In this document: positions 1 to 9,660 of the stretch, in pieces
Position numbering within the stretch: the stretch's first letter is position 1
Layout of the letters: each line of letters begins with the position of its first letter
Source: an uncultured Nitrososphaerota archaeon
GTDB lineage: Archaea > Korarchaeota > Korarchaeia > Korarchaeales > Korarchaeaceae
Direction: 5' to 3'
Assembly: GCA_964594835.1 (NCBI GenBank)
Contig: CAZQNA010000001.1
Coordinates: 32,001 to 96,000, forward strand
Length of the DNA: 64,000 nucleotides
Notes under the pieces: generated by a model
The model's database searches: none
What the model was told of the DNA's origin: nothing
The model's input: the letters and a program-made list of their open reading frames with translations, nothing else
Program-made: the position numbers and the translations under genes

Positions 1-165
1 TCGGCGGTCCAGTTTCAGTCCTCGGCACGGGCGCTCGGGGAGGAGCTGGCTGGGTATGGGGGCCACTCGGGGAGGGCGGCAGACTACCTGGGAGACGTCC
101 TCGACAGGCTTATCGACATCTGCGATCTCGTCTCTCCTGGGGCGGGACACCAGACCCTCGACTGA
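1..165 (+). CDS. 3' end of a gene entering from the left edge (helical, possibly a PhoU-like C-terminus)
   Basis: Frame 1 is open from base 1 to TGA at 163-165: ...RAADYLGDVLDRLIDICDLVSPG...; the family guess is weak. Confidence 0.4.
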   Translation, partial: SAVQFQSSARALGEELAGYGGHSGRAADYLGDVLDRLIDICDLVSPGAGHQTLD

Positions 166-182
166 CTCCCCGGGCCTCAGAG

Positions 183-1010
183 TCACCGCCCCAAGACCGG
201 GCCGTAGAGGTCCGGTCTCCTGTCCCTGAAGAGGTCGTTCCTCTCGGTCACCCTCTTGTCGTCCGCCTCCCCCGGGTCTATGGTCACGACGGCGACGTGC
301 TCCCGGTCCCTTGGTCCCCTCACCAGGATCTCCATCCCGGGAGAGGTCACCTGGCTCTGCCCCGTGAAGCCTATCTTCTTCCCGCTGGGCCTGGCGTCCT
401 CGCCCACGCGGTTGGCGGTGACCGTGAACACCCGATTCTCAATAGACCTGGCGAGCATGGCCGTCTGGGCGTAGGGGAGAACGAGGTTCGCGGGATGAGC
501 TATTATCTGGGCTCCGCTGAGCGCCAGCACGCGGGCGGATTCCGGGAAGAACCAGTCGAAGCATATCATGACGCCGACCCTGGCCCCGGCGACGTTGAAC
601 ACTCTGAACCCCAGGTCCCCGGGCTCGAACCAGACCTTCTCCTCGTTGAAGAGGTGCACCTTCCTGTAGACCCCTCTGACGTCCCCCGTCCCGTCCACGA
701 CCACGGCCGAGTTGTAGGGCTGGCCGGACTCGGGGTCAAGCTCCGCGAACCCCGCGACGAGGGCGGTGGAGGTCTCGGCGGCGAACTTCGCCAGCGCCCT
801 CACGGTGGGCCCCTCGAGCCCCTCGGAGAGCCTGACTGCCTCCTCTCGGGACTCGAAGAGGTAACCGGTGTTGAAGAGCTCCGGAAACACTAGCAGGTCC
901 GCCTCCACCTTTGAGGCCAGATTGAGGGCCCTCTCAACGTTCGACTCCACTTCTCCAAATCTGGGCCTAGTCTGGACGTAGCCGACGACCAGCTCGCCCA
1001 TGGATCTCAC
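183..1010 (-). CDS. Carbon-nitrogen hydrolase (nitrilase superfamily)
   Basis: E-K-C triad motifs FPELF, YRKVHLF and MICFDWFFPE. Confidence 0.9.
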   Translation of the reverse strand: MRSMGELVVGYVQTRPRFGEVESNVERALNLASKVEADLLVFPELFNTGYLFESREEAVRLSEGLEGPTVRALAKFAAETSTALVAGFAELDPESGQPYNSAVVVDGTGDVRGVYRKVHLFNEEKVWFEPGDLGFRVFNVAGARVGVMICFDWFFPESARVLALSGAQIIAHPANLVLPYAQTAMLARSIENRVFTVTANRVGEDARPSGKKIGFTGQSQVTSPGMEILVRGPRDREHVAVVTIDPGEADDKRVTERNDLFRDRRPDLYGPVLGR

Positions 1011-1119
1011 CGCAGGTCCTCGCCCCCGAACGCCATAAACCCCTCCGGCGATCGGTCCCCCACGTCCCCTCCAGAACGACTAAATCCCCCCGCCGCCTGA
1101 AGCAAAGGGTGCCCCCAAC

Positions 1120-2334
1120 TTGTCGCGGGCCCTATCGCCGTACAGAACGCTCGGTCGGAACGCAAGGCTGATGTTGGCGTATAGCGGGTTGTCCGCAATT
1201 TGCTGGGGAGCTTACGGAGCCGTCTGGCAGCTCTACTTCAAGTCCGCGGGCTACGGGGGCACCTGGATAGGGACTTACGCCTTCATCAGCGGGGTGACCA
1301 TGACGGCCCTCACCCTCCCGCTCGGCGTGGTGGCCGACAGATTCAGGAGGAAGGCCATGATACTGGCGAGCACCGTCATCTCGGTCGCCTCCACCGCGAT
1401 GATCCTTTTGTCGACCTCCAGGACGGCGCTCGTCGCCTCAGCCGCCTCCTTCGGCGTCTCCTGGGCACTCGGCGGACCGGCGAAGGAGGCCCTCTTTGCG
1501 GAGACCGTTCAGGAGACGGGGATGGAGAGGGGATACAGCGCGGTGGCCTCCGTGGAGGCCCTGGCCCTCTCCGCCGGGGGACTCCTCGGCTGGGTTCCGG
1601 AGGCACTCGCCGCTGGGAGGGGCCTCGATTACCTCTCCTCCTACAGGATCTTTCTCTGTGGAGTGGCCACGCTGGAGATCCTCGCCGCGTCTCCCCTGAT
1701 CCTTATCTCTGAGAGGTTCGGGGCCCGGGCGGCCGCCCGGGCTCGGCTGCCGCTGGACCTGAAGGCGAAGGGCGTCGCGCTGAGGTTCGCCCTGATAAAC
1801 TCCCTGGTGGGCTTCGGGGCCGGCCTCTCCATCCCCCTGATGGGCTACTACCTCAGCGTCAAGTTTGGGGTGGAGTCCGGCCCAATAGGAACGCTTTTCG
1901 CCGTGGGGAACGTGGTGGCGGCCCCCGCCTACCTCCTGGCCGCCGAGGTGTCCGCAAGGCTGGGCACGGTGAGGGGTGCCGCCACGCTCCAGGCGGCCTC
2001 GATCCCCCTCCTGGCAATGATACCCCTGGCCCCGAGCTTCCTGGTGGCCTCAGCCCTCTACGTCCCGAGGTCGGTCCTGATGAACATGGCCAACCCCCTG
2101 ATCAGCGCCCTGGTCATGAAGCTGACGCCTGAAAGTGAGAGGGGTACGATGGCGTCGATATCCCAGCTCTCCTGGAACCTCCCAAACTCCGTCGCCCAGC
2201 AGGTCGGCGGCGTGGTCATGGACCGCCTCTCCCTGGACGCCCCCCTCTACGCCACCTCGGCGATCTACGTCCTGTACGTGACCACCTTCTACCTGATGTT
2301 CAGCAGGCTGGAGCGCGGGTCTGGGGCTCGGTGA
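1120..2334 (+). CDS. MFS transporter
   Basis: About 12 hydrophobic segments, motif A-like GVVADRFRRK, ESERG in the C-domain. Confidence 0.88.
   Translation: MSRALSPYRTLGRNARLMLAYSGLSAICWGAYGAVWQLYFKSAGYGGTWIGTYAFISGVTMTALTLPLGVVADRFRRKAMILASTVISVASTAMILLSTSRTALVASAASFGVSWALGGPAKEALFAETVQETGMERGYSAVASVEALALSAGGLLGWVPEALAAGRGLDYLSSYRIFLCGVATLEILAASPLILISERFGARAAARARLPLDLKAKGVALRFALINSLVGFGAGLSIPLMGYYLSVKFGVESGPIGTLFAVGNVVAAPAYLLAAEVSARLGTVRGAATLQAASIPLLAMIPLAPSFLVASALYVPRSVLMNMANPLISALVMKLTPESERGTMASISQLSWNLPNSVAQQVGGVVMDRLSLDAPLYATSAIYVLYVTTFYLMFSRLERGSGAR
1802..2327 (+). repeat. Direct repeat copy 1 (526 bp, C-terminal half of MFS gene 1)
   Basis: From ccctggtgggcttcgggg to cgcgggtctggggc; matches 3139-3664 by eye with no mismatch found (offset 1337). 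Confidence 0.92.
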
Positions 2335-2441
2335 GGGCGTCGTTGGGGCGTCGACGGCCTGACGAAGTTTCCACCCGAGGCCAATCCCCGTACAAAATTC
2401 GCGGCCATCGGTAAATATCAGGTCCGCAGCGCGCGGGTCCG

Positions 2442-3683
2442 GTGAGGCCCGGACTCGATGGCAGGCTGTCCAATCTAAGGAGGCTGGGGAGAAACGCAAG
2501 GCTCATGCTCGCCACGACCGCCATCTCGGGACTCACCCAGGGGGCGTACTTCTCAGTATGGCAGCTCTACCTCAAGTCCGCGGGCTACGGGGGCACCTGG
2601 ATCGGGACGTACGCGCTGATAGGGACCGTGGTGGCCACCCTGCTCAAGCTCCCCGGAGGCCTCGCCGCCGACAGGTTCAGGAGAAGGTGGATCGCCGTCC
2701 TCAGCTTCGCCGCCGCTGCCAGCTCGGGCGCGGTGGTGGCGTACTCGGTATCCGAGGCGGCGCTGGTAGTCTCGGCCGCCGTGGGCGGGATAGGTTGGGG
2801 GGTGGGCGGGCCCGCGTGGAGCGCCCTCTTCGCCGAGAGCGTGGAGGACGCAGGAATGGACCTCGGGTTCAGCGTCTCGGCCTTCGTGAACAGCGCGGCC
2901 ACCTCCCTCGGAAACCTGATGGGCTGGATCCCGGAGTACTTCGTGGGCTCGCTGGGGATGGGGTACTTCGAGGCCTACAGGTGGTTCATGTGGATCATCG
3001 TGGCGATCGAGGCGTCGTCGATCCTCCCGATCCTACTGATCTCGGAGAGGTTCCGTCCATCCTCCGGGAGGTCGGGAGGCTCATGGAGGCCTAAGCTTCC
3101 ATCTAAGAGGCTGATATTCGCGGTTATGACTACGTATGCCCTGGTGGGCTTCGGGGCCGGCCTCTCCATCCCCCTGATGGGCTACTACCTCAGCGTCAAG
3201 TTTGGGGTGGAGTCCGGCCCAATAGGAACGCTTTTCGCCGTGGGGAACGTGGTGGCGGCCCCCGCCTACCTCCTGGCCGCCGAGGTGTCCGCAAGGCTGG
3301 GCACGGTGAGGGGTGCCGCCACGCTCCAGGCGGCCTCGATCCCCCTCCTGGCAATGATACCCCTGGCCCCGAGCTTCCTGGTGGCCTCAGCCCTCTACGT
3401 CCCGAGGTCGGTCCTGATGAACATGGCCAACCCCCTGATCAGCGCCCTGGTCATGAAGCTGACGCCTGAAAGTGAGAGGGGTACGATGGCGTCGATATCC
3501 CAGCTCTCCTGGAACCTCCCAAACTCCGTCGCCCAGCAGGTCGGCGGCGTGGTCATGGACCGCCTCTCCCTGGACGCCCCCCTCTACGCCACCTCGGCGA
3601 TCTACGTCCTGTACGTGACCACCTTCTACCTGATGTTCAGCAGGCTGGAGCGCGGGTCTGGGGCCGAAGCTGGAATCGGCTGA
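2442..3683 (+). CDS. MFS transporter, paralog of the upstream gene
   Basis: GLAADRFRRR motif A; C-terminal ~175 aa identical to the upstream MFS. Confidence 0.88.
   Translation: MRPGLDGRLSNLRRLGRNARLMLATTAISGLTQGAYFSVWQLYLKSAGYGGTWIGTYALIGTVVATLLKLPGGLAADRFRRRWIAVLSFAAAASSGAVVAYSVSEAALVVSAAVGGIGWGVGGPAWSALFAESVEDAGMDLGFSVSAFVNSAATSLGNLMGWIPEYFVGSLGMGYFEAYRWFMWIIVAIEASSILPILLISERFRPSSGRSGGSWRPKLPSKRLIFAVMTTYALVGFGAGLSIPLMGYYLSVKFGVESGPIGTLFAVGNVVAAPAYLLAAEVSARLGTVRGAATLQAASIPLLAMIPLAPSFLVASALYVPRSVLMNMANPLISALVMKLTPESERGTMASISQLSWNLPNSVAQQVGGVVMDRLSLDAPLYATSAIYVLYVTTFYLMFSRLERGSGAEAGIG
3139..3664 (+). repeat. Direct repeat copy 2 (526 bp, C-terminal half of MFS gene 2)
   Basis: Matches 1802-2327. 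Confidence 0.92.
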
Positions 3684-3760
3684 AGACACAGCCGCGTCGG
3701 TCTTGATCGGCCCCAGGAAGGGTCGATCGGCTTCCCTCACGCAGAGTCAGGCGATATCTC

Positions 3761-4948
3761 TTAGTCACTTTCCATCGGCCGTTCGGGCCCCTCATCGGCC
3801 CGACGTCGCGAGGGGTCGGTTGGACGGTCCCTCCTTCCCCTGCAGGAGACCTCAAGGGTCGGAGCCGCGAGGGCGCTCAGTCCGACGGCTATCCACATAG
3901 CCGCATCGAGTCCGAGGGACCCTACCACGACGCCCCCCATACCGTTTCCAAGCGCCTCCGAGACTGACCCTATTGCCGAAGTGACGGAGCTGGCAGAGGC
4001 CTTCTCTTCCGGAGCGAGCGAGATGGCGAGGGCGTTTCGGGCGGAGTAATGCAGGGCGAACAGCGGGACCACCATCAGGGCCGCCAGGACCTTGAAGTCC
4101 CTTGCCACGGCGCCGGCAGCGAAATACAGGGAGTAGAGCAGGCACGAGGCCACAAACGCCCTCCTGCCTCCAACCCTGTCCACCAGCCTCCCGTAGATGG
4201 GCCCCATCACGGCCCCAGCGAGTCCAGCAGCCGACACCAGGATCCCCATCAGGGCGTCTGACCTGCCTGAAGCCTCAAACACCTTCAGAGAGAAGGAGAC
4301 GTAGAAGGTGGAGATCGCTGAGCTGGTGAGGAGGAGGGAAGGGATCACCCTTCCGGTGTCCCCCGGCCACCCGAGACTGATGGCCGACCTTATCGCCGCC
4401 GCGAGGTCGGGTCTCCCCGCCCCCCTCTCCTCCCTCACGGTCGCCAGGACCCCGACCGCGAGACTCGACAGTGCGGATGCTATCATCAGGGTCGTCCTCA
4501 GGCCAAGGTACTCCGTGAGGAATCCACCGATCAGCACCCCGACCGTGAAGCCCGCCTCCATGGCCATGAAGTAGTCCCCCGCCGCCGAGCCCCCTGGACT
4601 GCGATCTGCCAGGAAGGCTATGATCACGGGCTCCTCGGAGAGGAAGAAGTACCAGGCCACGACTATCGGAAGCCAGGCGGAAGGCCCGGTAATCGCGATT
4701 CCTAGAGGGAAGAGGGGGTTCAGCGCAGCGGCTGCGAGCATCAGCGGCTTCCTGGCGCCCATCTGATCGCTCAGTGAGCCGTATATCCTCGTCCCGAGGA
4801 AGTAGGCGAGGGCTGGAACCCCCCTGATGAGCGCATACTCCAGGACCGAGCCCCTCTCGTAAGTCTCGAACGCCACGAAGAGGAATGTCATGCTCCAGCT
4901 CAGGTCCCTGAGGAAGGCCGCGATGAGCACCTTCCACCGGTCTGTCAA
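3761..4948 (-). CDS. MFS transporter
   Basis: Motif A-like GSLSDQMGARK and GRLVDRVGGRR, many TM segments. Confidence 0.85.
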   Translation of the reverse strand: MTDRWKVLIAAFLRDLSWSMTFLFVAFETYERGSVLEYALIRGVPALAYFLGTRIYGSLSDQMGARKPLMLAAAALNPLFPLGIAITGPSAWLPIVVAWYFFLSEEPVIIAFLADRSPGGSAAGDYFMAMEAGFTVGVLIGGFLTEYLGLRTTLMIASALSSLAVGVLATVREERGAGRPDLAAAIRSAISLGWPGDTGRVIPSLLLTSSAISTFYVSFSLKVFEASGRSDALMGILVSAAGLAGAVMGPIYGRLVDRVGGRRAFVASCLLYSLYFAAGAVARDFKVLAALMVVPLFALHYSARNALAISLAPEEKASASSVTSAIGSVSEALGNGMGGVVVGSLGLDAAMWIAVGLSALAAPTLEVSCRGRRDRPTDPSRRRADEGPERPMESD

Positions 4949-4999
4949 GGGGGCTCCGCCTCCAACGCCCGGGCGGGTCGATCATAAAAAGGGGAGAAG

Positions 5000-5096
5000 G
5001 AGCTAACGCCCTCAGTTCAGCCCGGCGACTGCCGGGCTGGCGCCACCCATCTTACGATGGGTCGTCTCACCAGCCCCCTGGGGCGACTGGCTCACA
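5000..5096. ncRNA. Candidate structured RNA or regulatory element between the divergent MFS and AEC genes
   Basis: Closing helix 5000-5015/5078-5093; perfect hairpins 5018-5039 and 5045-5062 (GTAA GNRA loop on the minus strand). Confidence 0.4.
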
Positions 5097-5132
5097 TAAA
5101 ACTGAGCCGAGATAGCGAACCCAGAGCCCCCC

Positions 5133-6035
5133 ATGAGCCCTATTGAGCTGGTAGTGCCGGTATTCTCCCTCATAGCCGTCGGCTGGGTGCTCTCTAGAAT
5201 CGGACTCGCCGGAGAAACGTGGATCTCCGCCCTAAACGACTACGCCTACTACGTGGCGTTTCCGGCGCTCATGCTCGCCAGCCTGGCAGAGAGGCCCCTC
5301 TCGGGGCTTGGGGGGATGATTGCCGCGAACGCGGTCTACCTCATGATCTCGATGGTCCTGGCCCTGCTGGCCGCGAGGGCCCTCGGGCTGGACAGCGCCC
5401 TGGCCGCCACGCTGGTCTTCTCTGGAAGCTTCGGAAACGTCGTGTACATGGGGTTCCCGCTCGCCGAGAGGGCCTTCGGGGAGGAGGGTCTGTTCCTGGC
5501 CGCCGGGATAGCCTCCGTGCACCTGGCCATCATGCTCTCGGTGGGCCTCTCGCTGGCTCAAGTAGTGTCGTCCGGGGAGGCGAACGCGCGGGACGCCGCG
5601 GCGAGGGTGGTCAGGGTCCCGCTGTTCTGGGCGGCCGCCGTGGGGCTCGCGCTCTCAGCGCTCAACGTTCCCCTTCCGGAGCTGGTGCTTTACCCCCTCC
5701 AGGCGCTGGGTCGGTCGGCCTCGCCCACCGCCCTGTTCGCCCTCGGGGCCTTCCTCCAGGCGCGGGGCATCGGAGAGGGGCTCTCCAGGCCGGTGTCGAT
5801 CTCGGCCTACAAGCTCCTCGCGCTTCCCGCCATCGCGTACGCGACTGCGAGGGCCCTAGGCCTGGGCGGTGTTCAGCTGGGCTGCACCCTGCTCCTGTCG
5901 GCCGCCCCGCTGGCCATCACCAACTTCGTGGTGGCTGACAAGTTCGGGCTGGACGTGGAGGCGGTCGCGTCGGCGATAGTCCTGTCGACCCTCGGGTCCG
6001 CCCTCACACTGTCGTTCATGGCCGCCTTGCTGTGA
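5133..6035 (+). CDS. AEC (auxin efflux carrier / malate permease) family transporter
   Basis: YVAFPAL, GNVVYMGFPL, PTALFALG and KLLALP motifs; about 10 TM segments. Confidence 0.88.
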   Translation: MSPIELVVPVFSLIAVGWVLSRIGLAGETWISALNDYAYYVAFPALMLASLAERPLSGLGGMIAANAVYLMISMVLALLAARALGLDSALAATLVFSGSFGNVVYMGFPLAERAFGEEGLFLAAGIASVHLAIMLSVGLSLAQVVSSGEANARDAAARVVRVPLFWAAAVGLALSALNVPLPELVLYPLQALGRSASPTALFALGAFLQARGIGEGLSRPVSISAYKLLALPAIAYATARALGLGGVQLGCTLLLSAAPLAITNFVVADKFGLDVEAVASAIVLSTLGSALTLSFMAALL

Positions 6036-6062
6036 CTCTCGCAGCACTCGAACCGCGCGCGA

Positions 6063-6767
6063 CTAGCCGAGCACCGACCGGACTGCCCCGGGAACCTCTT
6101 CAAAATCTCGGATCACCGCGTCGGCGGCCCCGTGATCCGAGCCGGGGGGCCCAATCAGTATTGCCCTCACCCCCGCCGACCTGGCACCGATCACGTCGTC
6201 AACGAGTTCGTCTCCGACCATGACGGCCTCCGAGGGCTTCGCGCCCAGGGACTCCAGGGCGCGGACGAATATCTCTGGGTGCGGCTTCCTGAGGCCCACG
6301 TCGTACGAGGTCACCACCTCGTCAAAGTAGCCCAGCAGCCCGTGCATCCTGAGCTTCTCAATGACCATCGGACCGTAGGTCACGTTTGAGACCACGGCCA
6401 GCCTGTACCTTCCACTCAGCTCCCTGAGGGCCCGCTCGACTCCCCTCCTGAGAGCCGTGTACTCCAGATACGGCGCCGAGTAGGCCCTCAGGTGAGCCTC
6501 GGTGACCTCGGAGCCCACCCCGATGGTCCTGAGGAAGGCGCGGATGTCCTCTTCGGCCGGGATCTCCACCAGCCTCGTGGTGCGCTCGAGCCAAAGCGCG
6601 TCCCAGTGCCGCTCGTACTCGGCGACCGCCCTCTCCAGGACCTCGGATGTGGGCTCCACGCCCGAGGCCTCCAGAAGCCCCCTGACTCGGGCCACCCTGA
6701 AGTCCCTCCTGGATCGCGCCGGCTCGATTATGGTCCCCCACATGTCCACCAGGACCGCCCGACTCAT
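6063..6767 (-). CDS. HAD-superfamily hydrolase
   Basis: DMWGT motif I, VVSN, KPHPEIF, GDELVDDVIGA. Confidence 0.9.
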   Translation of the reverse strand: MSRAVLVDMWGTIIEPARSRRDFRVARVRGLLEASGVEPTSEVLERAVAEYERHWDALWLERTTRLVEIPAEEDIRAFLRTIGVGSEVTEAHLRAYSAPYLEYTALRRGVERALRELSGRYRLAVVSNVTYGPMVIEKLRMHGLLGYFDEVVTSYDVGLRKPHPEIFVRALESLGAKPSEAVMVGDELVDDVIGARSAGVRAILIGPPGSDHGAADAVIRDFEEVPGAVRSVLG

Positions 6768-6779
6768 CCTACCACCCGC

Positions 6780-7448
6780 TCAGAAGGTGAACCCCGGCCT
6801 TCCGGCCCTGGACACCTTGACCTCCGCGATCTCGCCCTCCCTCAGTCTGACCGAGCAGTACATCCCCCTGCTCGCAGGTCCGGGGTTGACCGCGATAGTC
6901 CTCCCCAGCCTCTCCATGCCAGCCGACTCGTGTATGTGCCCGCAGACGCACATGAGGGGCTGAAACTCCTCGATGTACCTTCGGACCGACGCGGACCCGG
7001 CGTGTCCCCCGGAGTGCGGGACGTCGAGGGTCGTGCCGTGGGGCGGCGGGTGGGACAGGAGGATGTCCACCCTCCCCAGCCCCCTCAGCAGGTCCCAGAG
7101 CCGCTCCTCGCTCAGCTCGATCGGCGTTGAGAAGGGACCCGGGTTGGCCCCCCCGACCCCGCCGAACGTCACGCCCCGGAAGCTGACCGTTCTCCCGTGG
7201 ACGTTCTCCGCCGACCCGATCCTCTCCACGCTGAGGAGCTCGGGGGGATCCATGTTGCCCGGGACGAACAGGGTCGGAAAGTCTTCGAAGTATCCCAGCA
7301 CCTCCTCAACGTCCTCCAGGTCTCCAGCGTTCGTTAGGTCCCCGGAGAGCACGACGAGGTCTGGGCTCTCTTCGGTCAGGGCTGGGAGGATTGCCTGGGG
7401 TCTCCCGTGGATGTCCACCGCTGCCAGTATCCGCAGCGCGCCGCCCAT
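6780..7448 (-). CDS. Metallophosphoesterase (Icc-related)
   Basis: DIHG, GDLT, GNMD, HPPP and GHIHE motifs. Confidence 0.9.
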   Translation of the reverse strand: MGGALRILAAVDIHGRPQAILPALTEESPDLVVLSGDLTNAGDLEDVEEVLGYFEDFPTLFVPGNMDPPELLSVERIGSAENVHGRTVSFRGVTFGGVGGANPGPFSTPIELSEERLWDLLRGLGRVDILLSHPPPHGTTLDVPHSGGHAGSASVRRYIEEFQPLMCVCGHIHESAGMERLGRTIAVNPGPASRGMYCSVRLREGEIAEVKVSRAGRPGFTF

Positions 7449-7501
7449 CGCGCCGGCCGGGTCGGGGAGTCGATATATTCTCCTCGCCCACCCGCCTTCC
7501 G

Positions 7502-8512
7502 GTGCCCCCGGCCCTGGTCAGAATTCCAGAGGACGCGGCGGTCCCCCTTATCGGGACCGTGGCCTTCGGCCTGATAGACAGGGGGACGACCCTGATCCAG
7601 GTGAGGCCCTCCAGCGCCTGCGTCCTCTCGTGCGTCTTCTGCTCCACCGACGCCGGGCCACGCAGCAGGACCAGGCTGGCGGAGTATCTCGTAGACCTGG
7701 ATTACCTGCTCCAGTGGTTCGACGAGTTGGCCGCCTACAAGGGCGTGGGTGACCTAGAGGCTCACGTTGACACCGTTGGCGATCCGTTCGTTTACCCGAA
7801 GGTCATGGAGCTGTTCAGGAGGCTCAAGGCTCACCCCCAGGTCTCGGTGGTCTCGGTCCAGACCCACGGGGCTCTTTTGGGGCCGGAAGACGTTCCAAGG
7901 CTCGAGGAGTCTGGCCTCGACAGGGTCAACCTCAGCATAGACAGCCTAAACTCGGAGAAGGCCCGGGCGCTCTCGGGCACCCCCTCATACGACGTGGAGA
8001 GGGTGAAGGAGTTCGCCAGGAGGCTCGCCGATAGCGAGGTGGACCTCCTGATAGCGCCCGTGTGGGTGCCCGGCCTCAACGACGATGACATCCCCGAGAT
8101 CATAGAGTTCGCCCTCGATATTGGAGCGGGCAAGAGGTGGCCATCCCTGGGGATACAGAAGTACGAGGCTCACAGGCACGGCAGGCGGCCGAGGGGCGTC
8201 CGGCCAATGCCCTGGTCGAGGTTCTACACCGCCCTGAGGAGGTGGGAGGAGGAGTATGGGGTGAGGCTGGTGCTGACGCGGGAAGACTTCAACATCAGGC
8301 CCGCCAGGAGCCCGCCGAAGACCATGAGGGTCGGCGAGAAGGTGACCGTGAGGGTCGTCGGGCCCGGCTGGAGGAGGGGAGAGGCCCTCGGCGTCGCGAG
8401 GAGGAGGGCGGTGACTTTGGTCAACGCGGAGGCATACCCCACGGGATCGGAAGTCAGGGCCGTCGTTCTCAGGGACAAGGACAACGTCTACGTCTTGAGG
8501 CCCGCCCCCTGA
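7502..8512 (+). CDS. Radical SAM protein with a C-terminal TRAM-like domain (archaeal COG2100-type)
   Basis: CVLSCVFC motif preceded by FGLIDRGT; start moved to GTG 7502 to avoid overlap with the divergent gene. Confidence 0.8.
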   Translation: MPPALVRIPEDAAVPLIGTVAFGLIDRGTTLIQVRPSSACVLSCVFCSTDAGPRSRTRLAEYLVDLDYLLQWFDELAAYKGVGDLEAHVDTVGDPFVYPKVMELFRRLKAHPQVSVVSVQTHGALLGPEDVPRLEESGLDRVNLSIDSLNSEKARALSGTPSYDVERVKEFARRLADSEVDLLIAPVWVPGLNDDDIPEIIEFALDIGAGKRWPSLGIQKYEAHRHGRRPRGVRPMPWSRFYTALRRWEEEYGVRLVLTREDFNIRPARSPPKTMRVGEKVTVRVVGPGWRRGEALGVARRRAVTLVNAEAYPTGSEVRAVVLRDKDNVYVLRPAP

Positions 8513-8553
8513 CCGAAGGGGTTAAGGCCCCCCAGAGGATCTGATCACGTAGC

Positions 8554-9660
8554 TTGAGGAGGACGGGAGAGGCTGTACTCCCACTGCACGTTGGGAGGGC
8601 TCCTCGCTGGCTCTTCGTGAGGATGAAGAGGCTGGCGGGGCTGGTCTCAGAGGCTATCGTGCGAGAGTACGGCAGGCTCGAGCTCCTGAGGAGGCTCTCA
8701 GACCCGGTCTGGTTCCAGGCCTTCGGGTGCGCCCTGGGCTACGACTGGCACTCCTCTGGCGTGACCACCGTCTTGACTGCCGCCCTCAGGGAGGCGCTTG
8801 AGGAGCGTGAGCTCGGGGTTCTGGTGCTGGGCGGGAAGGGGAAGGCCTCCATGAGAATCCCTGAAGAGGTCCGAAGGGTGGCGGAGAGGCTCGACCTTCC
8901 GGACTCTACCGTTCAGAGCCTGAGGAGGGCCAGTAGGATGTCGGCAAAGGTCGACAACGCCGTCCTGCAGGACGGGTACCAGATCTACCACCACGCCCTC
9001 GTGGTCTCGGAGGAGGGGTCGTGGGCAGTCATCCAGCAGGGGATGAACCCGGAGAGGAGGCTGGCCAGGAGGTACCACTGGCTCGGGGAGAGGGTCTCCA
9101 GCTTCGTCGTAGAGCCGCACTCGGGCATCGCCGGCGAGAGGAGAGAGCCGGCCGTGCTCGACATGACCGCCAGGGAGAGCGAGGAGGCCAGGAGGGCCTC
9201 CGTGGATCTGGTTATGGAGGGCCCGGAGAGGCTCTCTAGGATGCTGAGGAAGGCCGCGGTCGGGCCCCTCTCGAGGTACCTGGGGGAGGAGAGGGGGATC
9301 CCCGTCCTCGTCATGCCGAGGAGGGTCGACTGGTCCGCTCTCAGGAGGGCCTACGAGACGTCGATCTCCACGTACGAGGGGCTCGTCGAGGTGCGCGGCG
9401 TGGGCCCGGCCACCATAAGGGCCCTCGCGCTCCTGGCGGAGCTAATCGAGGGGGCCGAGCCCAGCAGGAGGGACCCGGTCAGGTACTCGTTCGCGTTCGG
9501 CGGGAAGGACGGCGTGCCCTTCCCGGTGGACGTGAGGAGGATGGACAGCGCCATAGAATTCCTGACAGAGCTGATCAGGGGATCGGACCTCCCCGAGGGC
9601 GAGAGGAGGGAGGCGCTCGAGAGGCTGAAGAGGCTGGCGAGGCGCGTCCCAAATGCTTAA
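8554..9660 (+). CDS. DUF763 family protein
   Basis: LPLHxGRAPRWL, [33 protein letters not shown]. Confidence 0.85.
   Translation: MRRTGEAVLPLHVGRAPRWLFVRMKRLAGLVSEAIVREYGRLELLRRLSDPVWFQAFGCALGYDWHSSGVTTVLTAALREALEERELGVLVLGGKGKASMRIPEEVRRVAERLDLPDSTVQSLRRASRMSAKVDNAVLQDGYQIYHHALVVSEEGSWAVIQQGMNPERRLARRYHWLGERVSSFVVEPHSGIAGERREPAVLDMTARESEEARRASVDLVMEGPERLSRMLRKAAVGPLSRYLGEERGIPVLVMPRRVDWSALRRAYETSISTYEGLVEVRGVGPATIRALALLAELIEGAEPSRRDPVRYSFAFGGKDGVPFPVDVRRMDSAIEFLTELIRGSDLPEGERREALERLKRLARRVPNA

Noticed and set aside
5000-5100. Possible 5S rRNA, SRP RNA, RNase P RNA or a known riboswitch (TPP, fluoride, guanidine)
   Set aside because: I could not find their conserved sequence motifs on either strand; kept only as an unclassified candidate.
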